Assembly: GCA_964519305.1 (NCBI GenBank)
Contig: CAZFHY010000015.1
Coordinates: 1-64,000, forward strand
DNA length: 64,000 bases
Direction of reading: 5' to 3'
Source: Candidatus Undinarchaeota archaeon
Lineage (GTDB): Archaea > SpSt-1190 > JASMDC01
This document shows positions 50,011 to 59,100 of this stretch, piece by piece. The position numbers and the translations under genes were made by a program. The notes below the pieces were generated by a model. The model ran no database searches. It worked only from the letters and a program-made list of their open reading frames with translations, and had not been told where the DNA came from. The first letter of the stretch is position 1, and each line of letters starts with the position of its first letter.

Positions 50011-53000
50011 TCTCGACGCTGACGAGCTCCTCTTCGTCCTCGTTGACCTCCATGATGGCGAACCGCTTGACCAGCTCCACGTCCCGCCCCAGGGCCGGGA
50101 GGCGCACATAGTAGTCGAGGATCTCGAGCAGCTGAATGCGGCGGATGATCACCGGGATCTCCAATGCCTTGACCTTACCCCCGATCGTACATCGGTCATC
50201 GTTCTGGTCGCGCACATAGATCTCCAGCTTGGACGAATGGGTGCTCTGGAGACCCGGCGGATTGAGGATTATGTTGAAGGTGACCTCCTGCAGCACATCG
50301 AGCGTGGGCGGTGGCACGGGATAGAGCTGTGCCCAGTGTCGCAGGGAGGCTCCCGTCTTGATGGTCAGGCTCGTGAGCCCACCGAGGTTCTTGATACGGA
50401 AATCGACTGAGCACGGTGTGGCATCGATCGATACACACTCCAGCACCGAGGGATGGTACTCGAGCTTCGACTTGCCCTTCATACGCACGAGCACAGTATG
50501 GTTGGCGTGCTTCACCCCGGAGACGATCGAGGCGCGCACGGACCATGCCTTACGCGAGTCCTCACAGCGGTCCGTGTCGGTCCCCTTGTTGTACAGTGGC
50601 TTGCATCCCTTGTCCTTGGTGAGATTGAAGTGACCTGTAGCGTTGGTGTTCACCTTGCAGTTATTGGAGGCCTGCACGACGTTCCCGAACTCGTCGAGCA
50701 CTGAGATTTTGACCTCGCTGAGCGGGAAATTGCTCTCACCCCAGACCTCCATGGCAGCCTGCCCGTCAATGACCTCACCGTTCTTATGCGAGGTTATGAG
50801 GACCTGTGGCATCTCGCCCACAGTGAACGTGTGAAAGGCGAGGTAGGACTGCCCATTGGGCATGACCTTTCCCTCGTTGGGATCCCCTTCAGGGAACACG
50901 TCCTCGGCCCAAAGTTCGACGTGGTAGTCCCCGTAGGCGAGGGTCGTTTCGATTTCGAAGGAGCGTTCTGTCGTCCGCCCTATCTCTACGATGTTGTTCC
51001 TGTCGTACACGATAACGGGATCGTCACCCTTGGCCTTGAGACCTATAGAATCCTTCCCCGGAATGACCATGGACACGTCAGCACCCGCCCGGGTGAAGGT
51101 TATCCCCGTCCCGGAACTATTGGACACCGTAAGCTTGGTGTCATCCCCGTTCTTGACGAACGTAACGATGTCGAGGACCTTCTCGTCGTCATTAACCTCG
51201 AGCTTCCAGTCGTTGATGATCGTAGTAGCACCGAGGGAGATGTCCATGAGGATATCGTCCCCGCTGCGCGTGAGGATCGCCTTGTTCCCCGCATGAGTGA
51301 GCGTCACAACGTTGCCGTTGACCACGATGGAACCCACGCCCACCCAGTCGCCTTGCTCATGCCAGTACCGCAGGTACTCGCGCAGCCCCCACTGGTCATC
51401 GCTGTTGATATCATCCAGACCGCCCCACCCGAAGAGGACCCGTCGCTGGATCCATTCGACCCCGCGGAACGTGACCAGATACCGGCGTAGGTCGAGCTCG
51501 TCATCACCGGGCACCTCGCCCCACCTGAAAAGCTCAGAGCCCACGTTCAGTGAGTACCGGAGCGTATCATTGTCTACATTTTCGCACTTCCAGGTGAGGG
51601 TGGGATTGAGCTCGGTGGTGACGTTGGGGGCAATGTCATAGGGCATGCCGGGTGCATCGTTGGCGCACTTGAAGATCGCATCGGTGACCGTAGATACACC
51701 ACCGTGCGGGTCCTCGCTGAATAGCCGGACGAAGTAGTCCGTGTCGTACGTGAGGGTGGATGTGATGTCCCATGAGGTACCGGTCGTCTCCTCGTCGTTG
51801 ACGACGTCGGAGCCGTAGAGAGCTGACCCAACGAACACGTGGTAAGTGAGAGCATCACCGTCGTAGTCGAACCCCTTGTCCCACTCTATAGTGGGCGAAG
51901 TATCGTGGATTATCTCCGGTCTCAGGTTCGTGGGGGCGTGAGGGTTGGCGTTCACGCAACCGTCGATCATTACGGCGTCTATGCTGCTCCATGCCTCTTC
52001 GGCCTCATCGCTCACTGCCTTCACATCGATGCGGACCTTGTCGATCTTGGACTCGGTCCTCGAGATGGTGGGGCTCCAGTACGGACGTTTCTTGGTATTG
52101 TCAATGCAGTAATCGGCGTGGTCCTTGTTCGAGAACCGCTCGTACTCGTCATCCCCCCAGGCCGCGTCCCACACCTTGTTGGCGCTGTCGGCGTACCATT
52201 TGGGATCAGTGCTGTCGATGGGATGGACGGTGATGTTCGAGATGCGGCCGGGTTCGTAATCGAGAACGATCACGATGCGGTCCAGGTACATGGGAGTGGT
52301 ATAGGAGAGTTCGAGCCAGTCGTGGTCCTTGCGGGTCGAGGGGCGCCACTCCATGTCGGCCTTGGGATCACAATTGGACGGATCGGTCGGATTCGAGTCC
52401 CACTCGAGAGGTTCGTCCTTGGCTGTAGATGCCGCGTGGTTTGCCTTGTAGGAGGACGCTGTAGCGCTCGCAGCCCACTGGGTGGTAGTGGCCGAGCACC
52501 ACGGGACGCCCTCGAACATGCAGACGTGGTCGAAGGTGAGACCTGTCGCGTGGCGGCCCGAGCCGGTGTTTACACAGTCGCCCGTCTCGACCTGGTACCG
52601 CAGCCGCTGTGTGTTCTCGGGTAGGTCCCACGTCTCTTTCACGAAGACCTGGTCTTTCCCTGACAGGCTCGCCCACTGGCCAGTGTGCTTGCCCAGTGTG
52701 CTCCCGCCGCCGTCGTACGCGAACAGGATTATACGGGCATCGTCATTGGCGCAATCCTTGTCCGCGGGTTTTTGGGTGATACCATTGACCCACAGTCGGG
52801 CGATGGCCTGGTAACCCTCGATGGTCGCAGGAACGACCACGTCCTGATGGAACAGGTCCTCGTACACCCCTGTGGCCTTCTGCTGGACGCACTTTGAGCC
52901 TTCATAGCACACGGAACCGCTCACGGTCTGGACGATAGTGCTGGCGGCCGCCCAGTTGTCGGTGCCCTTCTCGAAGTCGGCGTTCTTGACATCGTTGTTG

Positions 53001-53110
53001 TCGTCGCACTCGTCACCGGCCGACATCGCAAGCAGGAGCACGAGGATGAGGATCGCGGCGCGGGCCATCCCCATGGTGCGTCGCCCGTCCCTCTCTACTC
53101 GTCGTCCCAC
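49997..53110 (-). CDS. Large secreted protein (carbohydrate-binding-like, discoidin-like and FN3/Ig-like domains)
   Basis: Signal peptide; NADFE..W; QWAASATASS...DWLELSY; NPHAP.NL.P...W....DYDGDALTY FN3-like repeats. Start is GTG 53110 or ATG 53074. Confidence 0.75.
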   Translation of the reverse strand: MGRRVERDGRRTMGMARAAILILVLLLAMSAGDECDDNNDVKNADFEKGTDNWAAASTIVQTVSGSVCYEGSKCVQQKATGVYEDLFHQDVVVPATIEGYQAIARLWVNGITQKPADKDCANDDARIILFAYDGGGSTLGKHTGQWASLSGKDQVFVKETWDLPENTQRLRYQVETGDCVNTGSGRHATGLTFDHVCMFEGVPWCSATTTQWAASATASSYKANHAASTAKDEPLEWDSNPTDPSNCDPKADMEWRPSTRKDHDWLELSYTTPMYLDRIVIVLDYEPGRISNITVHPIDSTDPKWYADSANKVWDAAWGDDEYERFSNKDHADYCIDNTKKRPYWSPTISRTESKIDKVRIDVKAVSDEAEEAWSSIDAVMIDGCVNANPHAPTNLRPEIIHDTSPTIEWDKGFDYDGDALTYHVFVGSALYGSDVVNDEETTGTSWDITSTLTYDTDYFVRLFSEDPHGGVSTVTDAIFKCANDAPGMPYDIAPNVTTELNPTLTWKCENVDNDTLRYSLNVGSELFRWGEVPGDDELDLRRYLVTFRGVEWIQRRVLFGWGGLDDINSDDQWGLREYLRYWHEQGDWVGVGSIVVNGNVVTLTHAGNKAILTRSGDDILMDISLGATTIINDWKLEVNDDEKVLDIVTFVKNGDDTKLTVSNSSGTGITFTRAGADVSMVIPGKDSIGLKAKGDDPVIVYDRNNIVEIGRTTERSFEIETTLAYGDYHVELWAEDVFPEGDPNEGKVMPNGQSYLAFHTFTVGEMPQVLITSHKNGEVIDGQAAMEVWGESNFPLSEVKISVLDEFGNVVQASNNCKVNTNATGHFNLTKDKGCKPLYNKGTDTDRCEDSRKAWSVRASIVSGVKHANHTVLVRMKGKSKLEYHPSVLECVSIDATPCSVDFRIKNLGGLTSLTIKTGASLRHWAQLYPVPPPTLDVLQEVTFNIILNPPGLQSTHSSKLEIYVRDQNDDRCTIGGKVKALEIPVIIRRIQLLEILDYYVRLPALGRDVELVKRFAIMEVNEDEEELVSVEITVW

Positions 53111-53114
53111 GGGC

Positions 53115-56100
53115 TCACCCCTCACGTCCATCGACGGCAACGGTGCGCCGGCGAGTCCTACGCGCTAGGAACAGGCCTGCCAGGGCCAGCAGGAGCGCGA
53201 TGTCCACTGCGCCAACGCCGGGGGCCGTCGCCATGAAAGCACTACCGCTGGCGTACACGACCCGCACATAGAACTGCTTCTCGTTGAGCCGCTCTAGCGA
53301 GTCCGCGTCCACGACGTAGATCTCGATGAGACCTGCGGCGGTGAGCTTGTAGGGATTGATCTCCACCGGGATGGTCTTCGACTCACCTGGGAATAGGGTG
53401 AACGCCTCCTCATCGAAGGTGGACCACATCTCCTCCTTGTGGAGCTTGAGCACTAGGTTCATCGGCTGTGTCCAGTAATTGGTGACGTGAGCGCCGAGCA
53501 GGAACGTCTCGCCCACGAAGGTCGACATTGTGTTCTCGACGATATCGGCCTTACCGGACATCTTGCGTACCTCGAGCTTGACGAACTTCTCGAAGGAGAA
53601 CACTGTCTGGTAATGGGCGTCGGTGTAGAGCATGCAGATGCCCGTCTCGGGCGCAGGGGTACCCTCGTACTCGCACTGGTCCGGAGCCGCCTCCTGGGTG
53701 CAGAAGTGGCACATGGGCAGAGTGGCGGTGATGGTCATCACCGGTCGCGGCTCGTTGGTGACCAGACCTGAGACGTCGCACAGGAACACACCGGAGCCCT
53801 GGTGCGTGCAGGTCTTCTCGATGTTCTTGTAGGATAGGGTGGCCTGGCACATGTCGCACCGCTCCGGCGCGCCACCGTGCTGCTGGAGATAGGAGGACGT
53901 TATCACGTGGAACGCGATCTTGACGTCCTTCTTGCCACCGGGCAGCGTCTGCTTGCGGACCTTGATGTCCTTGACCGAGATGGCGGGGATGGGGCCGTCC
54001 CTGGGGTGGCACAGCTCGCGTTCGTAGCCGAGCGTCGATGAGAGCATCTGGCACCCGGTCTTGGCACAGGTGTAGTAGCCGCCGTCGATGAGGTCGATCT
54101 GACCCTCGGTCTCGTTGAACAGGGCCTTCTCGTGGTAGTAGCAGTTGAGGGTGGTGACGTTCACGGTGCCCGGGTACGGGCAGTTGCCCTTGAACACGTC
54201 GTCGGACCAGTCGAACCCGTCGTAGGCGTCGTCCCCGTCGTCCTTACAGATGTCCCAGTACTTCTTCTCGTCCTTGTCGAAGGCATAGTAGCATGTATGT
54301 GTGGCGTTGTCCAGGCACCAGCCCTCCGTGGCGACATCGATGCTGATGGGCTTTTCGTCCTTCAGCTCATTGTTGAGGCGGAAGCGCGTGTTGTCGGCGG
54401 AGTTCGCCTTATCCAGCTCGAGCCAGGTACATCGCTGACGGTGACTGGCTTCCTGCGGTTCCACTGGAGCCTGGTGGCAGCCATTGGAGTCGCAGTCAAC
54501 GGCCTTGGACCAGTCGGCGCCGGTCTCCGGGTCCTTCTCGGACCAGAAGTAGCATGTGATCTGGTAGTTCTGCTTTCCGTAGATCTCGTTGTAGCTGTGA
54601 CCCACGATCTCCGTGTCCCCGGCACCGTCGCAGTCCCTGAATTCCTGACTGTCCACACCGAAGAAGTCGTTGTAGTTCGCCGAATCGACACCATTGTAGA
54701 GCTTATTGTCCACCTGGCTCGTCTTGTTGACACCCTTCTCGCAGTAGTGGCAGTAATCACGGCTGTCCGAGTAGTAGTAGAAGTTGTCGTTGTCGCCGTC
54801 GTCACCACAGCACGGCGCCTCGGCATTGGCCCCAGCTTCGTCGTGGAGGCCGCCGTCGCCAAGGTCAGGGTGGTCATTTGGCTCGAACCAAGCGTGCTTG
54901 TTGTACTTGTCCACGTCATAGCTGCGGGCACGCCAGGATAGGCAGTGGCAGGCATTGGCGCTGACATCGCCGCCCTTGTTACCGCCTGTTTCGGCCGAAT
55001 CGTAGCAGGTACCGTTGGACACGCAGTCAGTCTCTCTCGGGCAGCAGGAGAGGTAGTAGTTGTACGTCTTACCGCTGCTGAAGTGGGGTGCGTCCGATGC
55101 TTGCCATGAGCGCACACCTATGTTGTCGCCCGGTACGCGGTGGAGCGAGCCGCCGCCCGTACCTTCCGAGCGGAGGGACCACTCGCTGGCATCATCGCCG
55201 CAGCAGGTGTCCTTCGAATCCGAGCCGCCGTTGTTCACGGAGGTGCCGTACTTGACGTCCCACCAGACGCCCTGGTCCTTGTTCTGGGAACCGGTGGTCG
55301 TGTCAGAGAAGCACCGGGTGTCGCAGTACCGCCAGGCGATGGACGCGTCGTCGCCGCTGCTCTGGCCGGCCACGTCCCGGTTCTTGTCGTTGAGGTTGTC
55401 GAAGTCGACGTAGTACATCTGTGAGTATGCTTTCTCGTTGGAGTTGGGAAGTCCCGTTGGATCGTTGCTCGTTGGCGTGTCGTCGAAGTACCGGTTAGTA
55501 TTGCTCTTGCCTGAGTAGCTGGTGCCGCCCATGGCACGGTTCTCGCCGTAGTACTGCCACAACATCTTGTACTGGTAGCTACCTTCCAGGGTGCACATCT
55601 CGAGCGGGTCGGTCGTGCGGGTGATCGGGTCGTGGTTGGTCGCTGTGGTCGTGACGGTAGTCACCGATATCTTATTGTCCGTAGAGCCGTCGTTGAGCGG
55701 GTAGGTGAAGGTGTAGCTGCACGTCTCCTTGCCGTACTGGGTTGTGTCGATGCGCCAGGTCGTGGGTCCATTGCCGTCGTTGACGCAGGTCATGGCCACG
55801 TTATTGCGGTATTCGGTCCCGTCGGGTTTCTTGAACCCGTAGGTCCCGTCCATGTCGTAGCCGCAGTAGTAGTGGCTCTGGCACGTACCGGAGCGGCAGC
55901 CCTTGCGGTCACCGGTCTTTTCGTCGTCGCAGGAGTTCGGGCAGTTAGCGACCTTGCTGGCCGCGACCCCATTTGCGTCATTGTCACAGCAGTAGGTGAC
56001 ATAGTTGGCCACACCAGGCACGCGATAATCGAACTTGACGTAGCCGTAATACCAACCGCTGACGGTGCAGGTCGTGTACTTCTTCGTGCACTGTGCGTAG

Positions 56101-59100
56101 CACCAGTCACCGCTGGCCTGTGAGTAGAAGTCGCAAGTTAAGGTGTCCATGCCCTTGTCGTACCAGCAGGTGGACTTCTTGTTCGCGTACGCATTGCTGC
56201 ACGTGAGGTCGCCGCAGCTCATGACCGAAGGCTCGCCGGCGTCATCGCCCTTGAGCACCTGTTTGTCCTGGTCCCATAAGTAGACGTAGGGTTTGACCGA
56301 GGCGATGTTCACCCACTGGCCGTCGCGGCAGAACTCCTTGTCCCCGTCACTGTCGATGTCCACGAGGCGCTCACGCACGTAGCACTTGTCATTGAACACA
56401 CAGTCCGTGGCAGCAGGGCAGCAGGCAAGGTCGTCTGTGGACACATCGCACACGCTCTTGGAGCCTCCTGTCACGAGCTCCTCGAGCGTCTCGCACTTAC
56501 GGGCCCACTCGTTGGCATCGTCGCCGCAGCACGTACTGGCGCTCGCAGAGCCGTCGTTGTTCTGGGCGAGAGCGTACCAGCTGCCGTCATTGTACTTGGT
56601 CTTCGTGCCTCCGCCCAGGTTCCACGCCACGCCCGAGTCGCGTGCGCCGGTCGTGGTGTCATCGAAGCACGTGGTCGTGCAGTAGCGGTCGGGATCGGCG
56701 GTCGCGGTGTCGTAGGTGCCGGGATCGCCCGGTGGTGCCTTGTTGACGCTGCCGATGTTGTCGAAGTTGACCTTGTAGATGGCCGTCCAAGCGAACTCCT
56801 CAACACTCGTCTTCGAGCCCTTACCGTCGCACTCACCGTTGAAGAAGAACTTGGACTTCGCTTCGTACTTGCCCTCGCGCTTGCAGTTATCACGCTTGAG
56901 GTCCGTCCAGTCCATCTTGCAGCTTTCGGACGCCATCTCCTTGTTATCGGTACCCTTGCACGTGGACTTGGGACAGTTCAACACCTTCCAACCACCGGTG
57001 AGGTCGGTGCCCGAGTCAGTGTGACGAATCTTGTAGTACCCTGGTGCGCACCAGTAAGCGTTGATAGGCCCGTGCCACTCCGGGGTCACGAGAGGTAGGT
57101 CGTCGCAGGTCTTCCCATTGAAGATGAACTCCGACTTCACAGTGTACTGCCCCGCGGTCTTGCACACGTCATAGTCCCACGTGGGGCAGCTATTGGCAGT
57201 GATCTTCATGATCCTGTTCCCGCTCGCATCCTCCTGGCAGAACTCGTTCGCACCCTTGCCGGGGCAGTCGAGGATCCCGGAGTTGGCCTCCTCACTACCG
57301 CCACCGTGGTACATGCGGTGGCGGACCTGGACCGGCGGCTTGGACGCAAAGCACTTGAAGATCTTGTTGTTCTTGAACGTCTCTGTCGTGGTGTGGAAGC
57401 TCTTCTGGTTACAGTTCTTGCCGTTGTATGTGAAGTCGATCTGTGCCCGGTACCATCCGTCCTCGGTGCACGCGTCGGTGAACTGGGGACTCTCGCAGGT
57501 TTCCACACGTTGTTCACCGCTGCAGGAGGTAAGGCAGCTCGAGGTCTTGTCGAACACGACCTTGTTGCTTGGCGAGTAGATACGGTAACGGACATCGTCC
57601 CGACGCAGCTTCCATACACCGTCCACACACCATTCATTGTATCCGTCACTGTCGGCGTCTAGGTCATAGCCGTTATCGAAGCAGTTCCCTCTTGTGACAC
57701 AATCGTACCGGGCCTTGCAGCAGGCCTTGTTGTCCCAGCTGCAGGCGTTGGTAGTAGCGCTCTTCTCATCATCGCTCGTCTCGCACGTGCGGTACCACTC
57801 GCTTCCGTCATCACCGCAGCATGAGGACGCAGCGGTCTCTCCGCCGATGTTCCAGGCGATCCCGCTGTCATGGGCACCGGTGGTCTTGTCGGCGAAACAG
57901 GTGAGCGAGCAGAAGATTCCGCTGTGACCGTCCCAGTTCACGTTGTATTTGACCTCATCGATGTCCTGGGTCGTCGCTTCCAGCGCGGTACCGTCCCAGT
58001 TCTTGCCAGAGTAGGCCATCCGGCTCACGAAGTGCACATCGCCCTCGTAATCACAGCGTTTGTTCATGCTGCTATGGGTGATGTAGGGGCTGGGATCCCA
58101 TGTGTACGAGCACGGGACCACGAACGATTTGTGAGTTGGATCGTGGGAGAACTGGTCCGTGATGTCGGTACAGGACATGTCCTTCCAGTTGAGGAGCGTT
58201 GTCCCGCCGACGTAGATCTTGATCTTGGCGGTCGTGTCGAGAGCGCATGAGAACACCTGCATCTTGCTGTCCTCGACCCAGCTCTCAGTGTTCGGTAGGG
58301 TATTCCCGTTGACGCATGAATTGCCTTTATGTGAGACCTTGGCCCGGACCGTGTAGAAACCACCGCGCTGCGAGCAGATAGCCTTCTCTGGGACGGAGTA
58401 CGTCTCACAGTCCGACATGTAGGTGCCGCCGTCGCACGACGTGTCGCACTTCTTCTTGGGGCTTGTGTGAGCGACGCTCCCATCGGGATGGTAGACGTAG
58501 TAGTACACCTCGTCATCGATGTCACAGAAGTAGAGATTGGTCTTGCTAAGAGCTGATTTCACGTTCGACGTGGGCATGTTCTGACATTCAGGCCGGTTGT
58601 GCAGGATGTCCACCTCGGCCTGGTACCAGCCGGGGATCTTGCACTCGTTGTAGTCCATCGTACACTCGTGGTACGTCTGCGCTTCATTGCCCGTGCCCGA
58701 GGGGCAGCTGGTCGAACAGATGACGTCGTAGGAGGCGATCTGGCCGACGGTGTAGTGGAAGATGCGGTACTTGGCCTTCTCGGGCAGGTCCTGCCATACG
58801 CCGTCGACGCACTTCTCCTCGGCGTTGTCGCCATCGATGTCACCGACGTAGTTATCGTTGTAGCAGTTACCATAGGCCACGCAGTCGTACCGGGCGCTGC
58901 AGCACGCATTGTTGTCCCCCTTGCAGGCGTTCTTGACAAGCTCGTCGGTCTCGCACTTACGGTACCATTCGTTGTTGTCATCACCACAGCAGGTCGTCGC
59001 CGCGGTCTCCCCGCCGATGTTCCAGGCGACGCCGAAATCATGAGCACCGGTGGTCTTGTCAGGGAAACAGGTCGGTGCTTTGCAGTATATTCCGGAGTGA